A stretch of DNA of 63,715 nucleotides, filler included, from Octopus bimaculoides (taxonomy: Eukaryota), in NCBI RefSeq assembly GCF_001194135.2. It is 6 parts of 6 records of this genome, joined end to end, with 100 filler letters (N's around TTAATTAATTAA, not from the genome) between each part and the next. Parts side by side here need not be neighbours in the genome. Positions count along the whole stretch, not along the records: positions 34,500 to 62,190 come from NC_068988.1; positions 62,291 to 63,715 come from NW_026413901.1; 4 more parts are not named here. One strand, written 5' to 3'. How positions within the stretch are numbered: the stretch's first letter is position 1; each line of letters opens with the position of its first letter. The translations under genes and the position numbers were made by a program. Shown here piece by piece: positions 51,089 through 63,715 of this stretch. The notes under the pieces were generated by a model that did no database searches, was not told where the DNA came from, and saw nothing but the letters and a program-made list of their open reading frames with translations.

Positions 51089-53551
51089 ATATATATATAT
51101 GTAATCACACACACTTATAATGTGTATGTGTGAGTGTGCGCATGCGCACGTTTACATTGTATGCTACTTTTTATTTTTATATTTAGCAAAATAATTATTT
51201 TCTGACCATGACAATTAAATGCAACAATGTAGCAAGAATCTATTAAAGAGATTTATAGTATTAACAAATATTTGAAGCATATTTTGGGATAATATATATA
51301 TGCACATCTGGAAAGACAATTAAGCATTTCAAACAAATTCGTTTTGCCATTACGAAAATAATTTATTATTGCCCCTTTTAACTTCTATGGTAAGATCCTC
51401 TGAATGCCGAAATAGCCCTCCCTCCGGGATCGATAAATGTAAGTACTAATCGAATATTGGAGATCAATTCAGTATTCGTCCGTCTCATGAGTACAGCATG
51501 TTCTCATGGTCTACGAAATTTTCTCCCCAGTCGAGAGGTTCTGGATAGGATCTTATTGCAAAGAATCCTGGAAAAGTATCTTTTGTCATATCCCCAGGTC
51601 GGACAAAATCTTCTGAAGAACTTAACTGGATAGGAAGTGTGTAGTTCCCTGTAACTTACTGCAACTTATAAGCCTCAACTTGTCATCTTGTTTTATCCTG
51701 ATTCTGCCCGATAATTACGCTTATAGTACACATGTGTGTAGATTATCCAAGCACTGATACAATAATTCAATAAGCAGATGATTCGATTGATCAAGCAACA
51801 GAATACTCAAGATGAAAATCTACAGAGATCCATCAACTCATCAAGCAAATCGATATTGATAATAATTTTCTACACAGGTACAGATTCATAAATGTTTTCG
51901 GGTAGGAGAGAATAGCCTACAAGGCCCATCACAGTATATGACTGGTATGTATTTTGCCGACAGCAGATGGATGACACCCAACAGCGGAGTAGGTGAAATC
52001 TGAACTCAGAGTGTAAAATTATGCAACTAAGTACTGCAGCATATTTTATCCTCCTCTCCGCCATTTCTGCTGTCAATAATTCTTCCCATAACCGAGCTGA
52101 GAAAAATACTTAAACAAGCTTTCTAAATACTAAGTAACACATACTTAGTATGTGAGTCTCTTCCTATAATTTGTAAGTCCGAATTAACTTCAAAACTCAC
52201 AAAACATATAATTAAAGCTTTGTATCTATACTCGCATAAAACGATTAATACGTTTCCAAGCATACAGATGCTCCAAACACTTACATTTGTACGTACATAT
52301 ATGTTATATGTATGCATATTCAAACACATAATTTCATTAATAAAGTGTGCATGAATCATAAGGCTCTCATTTTCACTCATTGTTACACGTATGCAGTCAT
52401 ACACACACCCAATGGAAATCCATATATATATACTTTCGTGCAGACACAAATTTTGCTAACAAACAATGACGATGACGCAAAGACATGAATACACGCACCA
52501 CGCACACTGTAATAGACGTAGGCAAGAACCGTTACAATTGTACTGCCACAGATTCATACGCTCGTGAGCACAGATATTTGTATATATATATAACAGCCAG
52601 ATTATGTTGCGGTCAAATTACCTCCTCGGGAAAGATGTATTGGATAATGTAGCCTTAAATACACTAAGTCTGTAAAATATGCACAAGATGGTCAGTGACA
52701 AGACGTTTTTGATCACAATTCTTCTTGATAAGGATTGACGCGGAGCTCAAAACCGCCATCCACCACCACCACCACCGCTTATCACTTATTAGAGCACAAA
52801 CATAAATACGATAAAACTACAACAAGGGAAGCAAGGATTTAAATATTAACAACAAAGAAATCAACGGTAAGAACCATAAAAATAACGTCAACAACAAAAA
52901 CGAATATAACATCAGCAGCAACAAAAAGTAACCCACATAGATAATTTCAGATGACGGAGATTTTTCTACTGAATATATTACACATGTGACAACTTAACAT
53001 GACTGTAGTTTGTATGCAGAGCGCTTCTCTGAGTTATATTTCCTCACATGCAACGTTTAGAATCACATAGGCAATTTGACTATTGACACTGACCAGACAG
53101 CCATTCTCATGCATGGAACGATGCACATCAGCAGAGATTCCCATTACCATATACTTGTATATACGCATATGCATATAAACATACATTTATAGACTTACAA
53201 ACAGATATCCAAGCACACACATACCGCACGCGATTACATTAGCACTGTATCCATACAAACATACTTAGGCACGCGTAAACAATCACAACCACATATGCTA
53301 CATACATACATGCATACATACATACATACATACATGTATCTACATCTATTTATAAATATATATATATATATATATATACAGAGAGAGGGAATGAGAGAGA
53401 GAAAGACAGACAGATAACTGAATAGATACTCTCACACACACAAACTTGCATAGGTGTGTGTGTTTATGATTGGCACACGTACGTACACGCAGTACATTTA
53501 ATAAAGGAAATCGTTATATATACATTACATACCTACATATATACATATATA

Positions 53552-53583
<32 letters not shown>

Positions 53584-54041
53584 GGTGTATGTATACACAC
53601 ACACATACACATAGATTGATAAATAGATACACAGATAGATAAATATATAGATAGATAAATACATACATACATACAGAATTCGAACGAGAAAGTGTGCAGT
53701 CATTAATAGACATTTAAAGCCGATAAAAGGTTCCCCACCTCCTTTAGGTCACCATAATGCACTGTTACAGAGGGTGGAATAACGGAGGATGTACAATAGT
53801 TGGCTAGATTATTGTTAGTCTTCTACTTCTGGTAGATTCCATGTGACGTAACGACAATGGCGGTCGGTACACAATGGTAAAGGTGGTGTTGGTGAGGGGC
53901 TGGCTTTTCTCTTGTTAGTAAGTGGAAAGACTTATCTAATGTGACACGCTATATCTGATGATTGGTTACGGTGCAGTGTATGAGTACATGTGCGTATGTG
54001 TGTGCATGTGTGTGTGTGTGTGCGTATTTGTGTATGTGTGT

Positions 54042-54072
<31 letters not shown>

Positions 54073-54180
54073 TGAGAGAGAAAGAGATGTCATTCGATTG
54101 TGCCTGCTGAAGTACTTTCAGACTTGGTTGAATAAATTCTAAAGAGTGAATATTGTAACGAAATATATTGAATATATAGA

Positions 54181-54362
54181 TGTGTATAGAATTAATTATG
54201 GTTGTGGAACGGAGAAGAGAATGCCCATAAATCTGTATAGAATTAATGATGATAGTGAAACGCCGAAGAGAATGCCTATAAATGTGTAAAGAATTAATTT
54301 CGGTGATAGAACACCAGAGAGAATAGGTATAGAATTAATTATGAAGATGGAGCGGAGGAGAG
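54181..54362. repeat. ~51-bp minisatellite, about 3.7 diverged copies
   Basis: Units start at 54181, 54232, 54283 and about 54327, each with gtatagaattaat...gaa...agagaat. Confidence 0.85.
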
Positions 54363-54777
54363 CGGTTTACAATATTTGGTTGCACTGCATTCCCCTTTGT
54401 TATAAGTTCAAATCCTGGCGAATTTAGATTTACGTATTGTCTTTCTTGTGTGTGTAGATTAAGAATATATCAGATATAACCGTGTGGTTAAAAACTCAGT
54501 CGCACAAGCACAGTGTAGTTTCAACTGCGCTGCAGGGATATTTAAGCAAGAATCTCTTTCAAAGAAACGGAAACCATGTGAAAAACCCTCATATACATAC
54601 TTTCAAATGTACATACATACATACACACACATGCATGCATACATATATACATACATAAATACGTACATACATACATGCAGGCTCAAAATTGAGAGAAACA
54701 ACATATTGTCAAAACAATATTGTCCAAGTTGTAAACTTCTACCAGCTTCACTAGTCTACATTCTAGTATACTTTTAT

Positions 54778-55060
54778 GTAGGGAGTGCTGAAAAGTTCCT
54801 GGTTTGGGATAATAGAAAATACTGGAAGATCCATTAATTATGACTTTATTCAACGCATTCTCCTCTCAGATTCACACGCTTATTGCAGCGGCCCTTCGGT
54901 TTTTCTAAGCCCCGTAAAAGAACTCGGAATATTGAGCCTGCATCCAGGCCATTCGCGATACCATTAAAGCCATGAATTTCCCAACATTCCCTCATACAGG
55001 AGTTGGATTGCACCATACACTCCAAAATCTCATTAAACTGATTCTGTTTGTCATCCACCA
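54778..55060 (-). mobile_element. mariner 3' end (transposase C-terminus plus TIR)
   Basis: The C-terminus GLEKPKGRCNKRVNLRGECVE* resembles the mariner RW.KC....G.YVE* end. The terminal agggagtgctgaaaagttcc resembles the TIR at 60134. Confidence 0.7.
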
Positions 55061-57182
55061 GAAAAAAAGGCTTATTTACCGATTATTGGTTACAATTTTA
55101 AAGTTAAGGGGAAAATAATACATAAGGTAATATACATATTGATTTCTAAATACTGTAAAGCATTTGGTCCAACAATTTCTGCCAGTTCACCGCCCTTAAG
55201 TTAACCTGCATATATTGATTTCTAAAATTGGCGATTGACCAAACGATTTGGTGGAGATTATAGTAGATTAAATCGAGCACAATACATGAAAGTAAATAAT
55301 TTTATTGATTCTGGAAGGATGGAAGTCAAAATTAACGGTATGATTTGATCTCAAATCGTAAAGGGATAAAAGGCCGGAACTAGATACTACAAGACATTTT
55401 ACCCAATGCTCTAACAGTTCTGTCACATTCCACTTCTCTTAGTAACATAAGTATTTTGGCAAGAATCATTTATAGATTCACTTCTCACCTTAAAGGTTAT
55501 CTTCATGCAGAATGGCAACAAGAAATCCCAAATTAATATCTCTTTCCAGAAAACCATAAGGAAAAACTGAAAATAACAAAATAAAATTAAAAATAGATGG
55601 AAACTAGTAAACGCAATGACAGCAGATGGAGAACTGCTGAGCCAAGATTGAATATATTAATCAGATTATAGCAAACTGTGACAGAATCTCTCAAAGATAT
55701 TACTTATGAGACATTACTTGTCAGAAACTGCTTGAAATAAAATATCCGAAGAAAAGAAGAAAAAAAATCGAATTTTGACCACAAATCTACACGAATATAG
55801 AGACATTGATAAATTATAAGTCACAACGATGGAAACAAAATGGAAGACAATGAAAGAAATTCACACAAAATCAAACGCGCATAAAAGAAATATAGGAAAC
55901 ACACCTCACCTGCTTATGGGAATTGTCTGTTAGCTCCATATTAATATAGTTAAAACTACAGAAGACATGAGAAATACTTATGGACTTCTGACAAGAAATT
56001 GGTAGATTTGTATAACAAAAACATGTTCAACTTTATCGGAGCGACGTCGTTTTCCAACTATCCCCCTGAAATTGAGATATAGTTGAGGTCGTATCCATCC
56101 AAATCCATCCATCCATCCATCCCTCCACCCATCTTTCATTCGTTCGCTCGTTTGTTCGGGCCTTCCTTCCTTCCTTCCTTCCTTCTGTTCATTCATTCAT
56201 TCATTCATCTTCCAGAGCACTTATCGCTCCAGCTGGAGCAGGCCCTCTCTCTGATCTGCCCAGCATCATCTATTTGGTGCAGAAATTAATCGTCCTGATA
56301 GGCCCACCGGTTGGCGGATGTGCTTTTAGGGACTTTGGCGAGATTTAAACTCAGAACTCGAATTGTCGGAACAGATGCCACTAGATTTCTGCACAGCCAC
56401 CACTTTGGGCTGGTACTTGTTATCGATGAAAGGCATAGATGACCTCGGTGAGACTTGATCTAAGAGCAGAGGTATTCAAAACAAGTACAGCGAAGCTGTG
56501 TATCCGAAGCTCTGCCAAAAGTGGCAGTTCGCTGCTTAAGGTGAAAATAAACCGAAAATATCAAGTGAGGTGTTTGGCAGAAAGCATGAAAGTTTCAAGA
56601 ACTGTCCAAAGTTTGTTTCCTTTATTAACGAGTTCATATTTGTTGGACATTTGTGGAAGAATTTAGTGGAAATATTTAATATTCTTTCTTTGTTAGCTGC
56701 CAGCGGGTAAGACGTCCAGTGAAGAGGAAATTAATTTAAATCCGAGCTAGAAGATATATGAGTGTACACAGATGCTCAGCGAGACCAGATATAAAACCTC
56801 TTTCAAGCTACACTTAATTATTATGACAGAACTAAAGTAATTAAATCTACGAGAATATCCACATCTACACGATGTCGTCTTAGTTTGTTTCAAAATAGCT
56901 TTAGTTACCGCTTATACTATTCTGCCGCTCCCACCCCGCCGCCAGCCGTCTACACATGAACATCTGTAGCACAGAGAACAACTGAATATGAAACTATTAT
57001 AATTAATGTGTTACTGTATCCTTGATGGAAATACTCAAGAAAATCGTAGAAATAATCACGTGATAATTCTATTGGAATTTTTAACTCAACAAATATCTTT
57101 TGTTCTGAAAGCAGACCTCGAGGTATTCACTCTTCAAGCATTTAATTCTTCTAATCAATATGCGTAAACACACACACACGTA

Positions 57183-57223
<41 letters not shown>

Positions 57224-58329
57224 ACACACACAGACACACACAGATACACAGAGACACACACACACACACACATGCACGCACACACATGCACGCACGCACA
57301 CACAAGCACACATACATATATACAAACATACGTGTGTCTGTGCGTGCGTGTGTATGCGTATGTGTGTGAACAAATAAGTATTTGCATAAATATATTTATA
57401 TATATGTATATGTGTATATATATGTGTATATATATATGTATGTGTATACATATATATATACATATATATCTATATCTATCTATCTATCTATCTATNNNNN
57501 NNNNNNNNNNNNNNNNNNNNNNNNNNNNNNNNNNNNNNNATATATACACATATATATCTATATATATCTATTGTATGTATGTATGTATACAAATCAATTC
57601 AAGGCGATTGTTGCTAATCAATAGGTTTTAATGAATTATTGCATTGCATCTTGCCTCTACTCTCCTCTTCATTCGGACACAAACAACAACAACAACAACG
57701 CAACAACCATAACAACAACAACAACAACATCAACAATAGCCACAACAACAATTTGGAACAATCACAGTTGAAGTTGTTAATCTTGTTATTGTTCTTTGCT
57801 ATTGTCTTTATATTTTCGTTTAAAGCAACAAAAGAAAAGAAACAAATAAACAAAATACATGGAAGCAAAACAAGAAAACGTAGAAATAAAACCGAAAGAA
57901 AACTTATTAAAAGTAAGAACAAATGAAATAAACAAAAATAAATCCGCTAAAAGTTTATAAAAATTGTATTCTCTCCTTTCGTTTTGTTGTGTGCCAAGAG
58001 GGTATTTAGTATTTTCTTGTTTTGTTTCTTGATTTGTTGCAAGTGTTTTCGCCCTTTTCTTCCTTTCATTCGTTCATTTGTTTGCTTGCGTTAACTTAAG
58101 TATCATTTATTTGGCCGAACACAGATGTGATTGGCAACCATATTGAACGGCTGACGTCATAGTGACGTCTAATGTGAATTTAAAGACAACCAAAAGAGAA
58201 TTTCTCGATTTTCTCAGAGTTTGCTGGAAATAATGTTAACGAAAATTGTTGCCGGAAAGACAACAAACGCAAAGAAAATGAAAGGAGATGACATGAAGAA
58301 ATTGAAAATAATATAAATCGTAAAGATAT

Positions 58330-58710
58330 AGCTGTGTTGTTAAGAAACTCGCTTTGCAACCACATGGTTCCGAGTTCAGTCCCACTGCACGGCACTTGGG
58401 CAAGTGTCTTCTACTATAGCCCCGGGCTGGGTAATGCCTTTTGATTGAATTAGCTTGAGGGAAATTCTCTTGAAACTTGTCGTAAATATGTATGTGTATG
58501 TGTCTGTATTTGTCCCCCACACAGCTTGACAACCGGGGTTGATTTAATTACGTACCTCTAACATCGCACTTCGTCAAAATAGTTTGATATAATAAGTATC
58601 AGACTTAAAAATATCTACTGGGGTTGACTTGTTGAATTAAAACCCTTAAAGGTGGTGCTTCAGCATGGCCGCAGCCCAGTGACTGCAATAAGAGATAAAA
58701 TATAAAAGAT
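58330..58710 (+). mobile_element. SINE family B
   Basis: caaccacatggttccgagttcagtcccactgcacggcacttgggcaagtgtcttctactatagcc...ggtggtgcttcagcatggccgcag. Confidence 0.85.
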
Positions 58711-59836
58711 AGATGATAATATTGATCTCTGGTCAAACAATTCTCTCCCTTTCAAATGAATAGTTTCAGGGATTTATTATCACAAACAGGTTTCTTGATT
58801 ACTCTTTTTTAATATATTTAACATACTTATTTAAATATTTTTTCGAGTCTTGGAGAGTTGCATCTTTGCACACGAAATGACCCCAGACAATTGGTCCACG
58901 ACATATTTTAGGCCTTGTAACAAGGCAACATAAAATTGTACGCCAATAGTATATATGGTGTGAAGGGGTATATAATAATTCCCGATAGCCGAAAAGTTTT
59001 CATCTTCTGTTACGCATTGTTATAACAGTTCACCTACGCAGTAAACACACTAATTATGACTCGCTTGTCCGCGCGAGTCATTTCAATCACTCACTGGCGA
59101 TTCATATCACTGTTCATTATTGATTCTTCCCCACTGTGTGATTGGTTTTCAGAGCAGGTTAAAGTTTCTCATTATTCTGTACCGATTGCCCTTATGAATA
59201 ATGTAATTTTAGTAAACAAGGGTTTGCTTTCTGTTGGTATCAGATAGCCATTACTCATATTCAAGACCTTATCTAAAGATAAGGACTTGAATATGGTACT
59301 TTGTATCTGCATGCAACCTATTATTTGCCTACAATAAGGAGGAAGAAGAAAACTTATGAAATGTGGAATTTCAAAGGCATGTATCTGCTAAAAAGTAAAT
59401 GTATGCTCCCTTTTGCATTATTTCCGATAGAAACTTCATTGATGAAAAATAATATGATGAAAATTGAATATAGTCGAGTACCACACACACATGTATACAT
59501 ACATACATACATACATACATACATACATACATACATACAAACATACATACATATATACATACACATACATACATACATACATACATACATACATACATAC
59601 ATACATACATACAATAAGATATAACGATAAATCGATATTATGATATAATTAATACGTTATTATATAGGTGGCTAAAGCAATTAAAGATCAAAAAGTTAGA
59701 ATACATAAGTAAGGGTACAAAATAGCACCTACAATTTCTAGAAATAAGAGCTAAAAATACAACTCGAATAACCACACAAATATCACGAGTCTCATGAAAT
59801 GTTCAAAGGGGACTGCGAGCGGTAAACAACATCTTC

Positions 59837-59887
<51 letters not shown>

Positions 59888-60133
59888 TCCTTTGTCACTT
59901 CCATTATAGCTTTGAAAGAATAACTGTTAAAATCGAACAGTACGCTTCAAAACTTATACTAAGAATAAGTACAAGGTAAAATCAATACCTGCTTTGATAG
60001 TAAGTTGATGCAGGTAGTTTATCCAGTACCCCTCCGACTTTTAGTTCATGCAATTGAAAAAACCGCATTATTTATGGAATGACCTAATATATATATAAGA
60101 CCTAATATATATATATATATATGTATACACACA

Positions 60134-61211
60134 CGAGGGAGTGCTCATTAACGAATTCCCCTGACCACTTCCCAAGGATTAGGATAAACGAAACTTGGCG
60201 TAATTATTAGTCCTTCTTTATATAGCCACCACCAATGGTGACACACTTCTCCAATCGCTTTATGCCTTTATGCACCTGCGAAGACCTCATGTGTAGAAGT
60301 CGGTAGGCTGCGTCAGGAGGCAAGACTTTACCTCTCCGCAACACCCCTCTGCTTTGATGGCGTCCTGCAATTTCTGCAGCAGAGTAGCATAATACGCTGC
60401 GTTAATTGTGGTGCCCTTTGCCAGAAAATTCATCATCACTACCCCTCGCTGGTCTCAAAAGCCTGTGAGTCTCACTTCTCCCGCTGAGAGTTGTACACGA
60501 TCTTGCTTTGTAGGTGGTGAGTTATGCTTCCATTGTTTTGACTGTACTTTAGTCTCAGGATCATAGTGATGGACTCCTGTTTCATCCGGTGTGATAAGAC
60601 TGTCGAAATAGTCCTCCGCGTTTTCTTCGCATATTGCCAAAAGAATCTAGGAGCAATTGACTCGTAGTTGCTTCTGAAAATGTCTGAACATCCGGCGAAT
60701 CAATCGTCAAGATAACTTCTGTATGTGCAAATGGTCGTGAATGATTTTTTTTGCACGGAACCTATACTTATCTTCAGTTCTTTGGCTAGTTCCTAAATAA
60801 TTATACGGTGATCCTCCAAAATAGCAACTTCCATTTTCTAGATGGTATCGTCATCAATGGCAGAATGTGGTCGTCCAGGAATAGGAGCAGTCTCCACCGA
60901 AGTCTGACCGCATTCAAACTAACGATGTCGTATGATGCTGCATCGTGACAACAAACTTTCATCTCATCGAAAGTCTCTTTTGGTGTACGACCTTTCAAGT
61001 ATAAGAACGTGTTCACTGATCTGCATTCAACTTCTTCTCCGTTATAACACTTCAGCAGCCGTAGAAGACAAACGAATACTAGTGGAAAGCTGCAATTTAC
61101 AATGTGACATGTGCAGTTATGTATATATGTATAATTATACCTGTACAAGATTCATTTCCTGCAATAACCGGACGTGGGTGAGGAGAAATCTTTAATGAAC
61201 ACCCCCTCTTG
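60134..61211 (-). mobile_element. mariner element with both TIRs, decayed and internally deleted (~1.08 kb)
   Basis: Left cgagggagtgctcattaacgaattcccc vs the reverse complement of the right end gagggggtgttcattaaagatttctcc. Protein motifs FLYLKGRTPKETFDEM and LITPDETGVHHYDPETKVQSKQWKH. Confidence 0.85.
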
Positions 61212-61824
61212 TGTGTGTGTATGTATATATATATANNNNNNNNNNNNNNNNNNNNNNNNNNNNNNNNNNNNNNNNNNNNNNNNNNNNNNNNNNNNNNNNN
61301 NNNNNNNNNNNNNNNNNNNNNNNNNNNNNNNNNNNNNNNNNNNNNNNNNNNNNNNNNNNNNNNNNNNNNNNNNNNNNNNNNNNNNNNNNNNNNNNNNNNN
61401 NNNNNNNNNNNNNNNNNNNNNNNNNNNNNNNNNNNNNNNNNNNNNNNNNNNNNNNNNNNNNNNNNNNNNNNNNNNNNNNNNNNNNNNNNNNNNNNNNNNN
61501 NNNNNNNNNNNNNNNNNNNNNNNNNNNNNNNNNNNNNNNNNNNNNNNNNNNNNNNNNNNNNNNNNNNNNNNNNNNNNNNNNNNNNNNNNNNNNNNNNNNN
61601 NNNNNNNNNNNNNNNNNNNNNNNNNNNNNNNNNNNNNNNNNNNNNNNNNNNNNNNNNNNNNNNNNNNNNNNNNNNNNNNNNNNNNNNNNNNNNNNNNNNN
61701 NNNNNNNNNNNNNNNNNNNNNNNNNNNNNNNNNNNNNNNNNNNNNNNNNNNNNNNNNNNNNNNNNNNNNNNNNNNNNNNNNNNNNNNNNNNNNNNNNNNN
61801 NNNNNNNNNNNNNNNNNNNNNNNN

Positions 61825-61857
<33 letters not shown>

Positions 61858-62290
61858 CAAACATACATACACTCTTGCACACAGAGACACACTTATACGC
61901 ACTCAGACACAATGTATGAGCACGTACATATTATTGGATTTCTTGACAGATTCTTTTATGTATATGGCAATATAAAAATCATAATTAAGCGTTGAACATA
62001 GTCCAGAAACACGCAATAACATACAATTCCACAAATACACACACACACGCACATGCACTGCATAAAAAACACGCGCACTTCCTCTTGTCCTTTTCATATA
62101 TATTTACAAATATAGCTGCAGACATAGAAACACAAACATATATACATGAATGCATACACACACAAACACACACACACACACACACACACANNNNNNNNNN
62201 NNNNNNNNNNNNNNNNNNNNNNNNNNNNNNNNNNTTAATTAATTAANNNNNNNNNNNNNNNNNNNNNNNNNNNNNNNNNNNNNNNNNNNN

Positions 62291-62590
62291 TATATATATA
62301 TGTATATATATATATATATGTATATATATGTATATATGTGTATATATACATGTATATATATGTATGTATATATATGTGTGTATATATATTTGTATATATG
62401 TGTGTGTGTGTATATATATGTATATATATATGTATATATGTGTGTATATATATGTATATATATATGTATATATATGTATGTATATATATGTATATATGTG
62501 TATATATATATGTATATATATATGTATATATATATGTGTGTGTATATATGTATATAAATGTGTGTGTATATATATATATATGTGTGTGTG
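62291..62590. repeat. Complex (TA/TG)n microsatellite
   Basis: Direct sequence. Confidence 0.95.
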
Positions 62591-62879
62591 TACTCGATTT
62601 TACATTCCTCTGCTGATAGAATACGAATTACAGAAGATGCTCAGCTAAGAAATCTTGTCTTTTCAACCTCATTCATGTACTCTTGTTTCTGCGTAGATCA
62701 TAAACCTCCCCGCATTAGTTCTTTATTATCTGTTTCTTTACAGTGTATACATAGTTCCGATAGCTTCGTCTTCCATATCCATTAATCGTCACATTTTATT
62801 TATTTTATTCAAGTTTCGATAATTCATTCTCTCTAAATTTGTCTAACCATAGTATACAAGTGGAGAAGATACTCTCGCC

Positions 62880-63675
62880 TAAACTTGCTGGCTTGCGGTA
62901 TGCCCCCACTGCCAATCCCTCCACCTGTACCAGAAGTTCTTATCCTCTGTCATCCTTGGTTGTCTCCCGTGAACACTTCTAAGGGCTTGACGCCATCCCA
63001 CCCCTACCTAGGGTTTATCGATCATATAGCACAGGGGTTTTCAAACTGTGGTCCGCGGACATCAGGGGGTCCACAAGGACAAGACAGGGGGTCCGTGGAC
63101 AGCAAATACTTTTTATGGGCAATTTGATTTTATATATGTTTTTTAATCGAAATCTTTTAATTGACAATAAACCTATTTGTTAAATACTGTTAAATAAATA
63201 AATGTAAAAATATATGTTATTTTTAAGCAAATATTTATGTATAAATTTTATAAGCATTTATAAGCTAAAGCCTGAAATATAAAGGGGTCCGCAAGTCAAA
63301 AAGTTTCAAAACCCCTGATATAGCACATAAAAATGGTGTAGTGTATGCAGGTTGTAGGCTATTGTTTGTTTATGAATTCTGCCAAATGCAAGCTTTCTTT
63401 TCAGGTACATGATACTGCTGTCCCTCATCCCAGGGTCTCACAGGCCCACACCTCCCACACCCTCAGAGTTGGCACACTCAACGTTGGCACACTGAAAGGT
63501 AGGTCTGGTGAGATTGTTGAGATGCTTGAACGGAGACATGTAGATTTGTGCTGCATCCAAGAAGTAAGGTGGATCCTCTCAGTGGTTCCGCTAGGTTCCT
63601 CACAGGCAAAGAACACAGGTACAAGATTTTCTGGGCAGGGAACACTGATGGGGTCAGGGGCATGGGTATACTGGC
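62880..63675 (+). mobile_element. RTE LINE 5' region and start of the endonuclease, interrupted by a hAT MITE
   Basis: LRVGTLNVGTLKGRSGEIVEMLERRHVDLCCIQEVRW, then HRYKIFWAGNTDGV (APE motifs). The 5' UTR boundary is approximate. Confidence 0.8.
63032..63317. mobile_element. hAT-superfamily MITE, 286 bp
   Basis: TIRs caggggttttcaaact / agtttcaaaacccctg (15/16 match). Perfect 8-bp TSD atatagca at 63024-63031 and 63318-63325. Confidence 0.95.
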
Positions 63676-63715
63676 TTCATTCCTTGCGAGCTTACGCATG
63701 TCCTCAGCAGTCACA

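Noticed and set aside
54181-54362. CRISPR-like periodicity
   Set aside because: The spacers are mutually homologous, there are no cas genes, and the context is eukaryotic.
58151-58170. CRE-like TGACGTCA followed by TGACGTCT
   Set aside because: Short motifs with no adjacent transcription-start evidence.

Overview
AT-rich, microsatellite-dense eukaryotic genomic DNA with many N-gaps. The SINE families and repeat landscape suggest an octopus/coleoid cephalopod (inference, not verified). I recognise no conserved host protein-coding gene, RNA gene or CRISPR array; most ORF-track entries are microsatellite or N read-through. The window is mainly a transposon archive. Retroelements: a stop-free Tx1/L1-clade RT fragment at the left edge, several RTE LINE fragments, a Penelope-like (PLE) RT, an R4/Dong-like element inside a (TAA)n array, and two tRNA-derived SINE families. 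DNA transposons: a full-length decayed Tc1 and its internally deleted relative, mariner/maT remnants, and a hAT MITE with a perfect 8-bp TSD. The least explained signals are: (i) five long foldback elements whose arms carry outward-facing hammerhead-ribozyme-like motifs, possibly palindromic non-autonomous PLE derivatives; (ii) an intact orphan 92-aa ORF cassette with 11-bp inverted repeats, a polyA signal and adjacent 86-bp repeats at the point where the PLE RT breaks off; (iii) two weakly supported spliced small secreted or Cys-rich peptide gene candidates at 45-50.5 kb. Boundaries of decayed elements are approximate (tens of bp). All protein assignments come from motifs recognised by eye, not from database searches.
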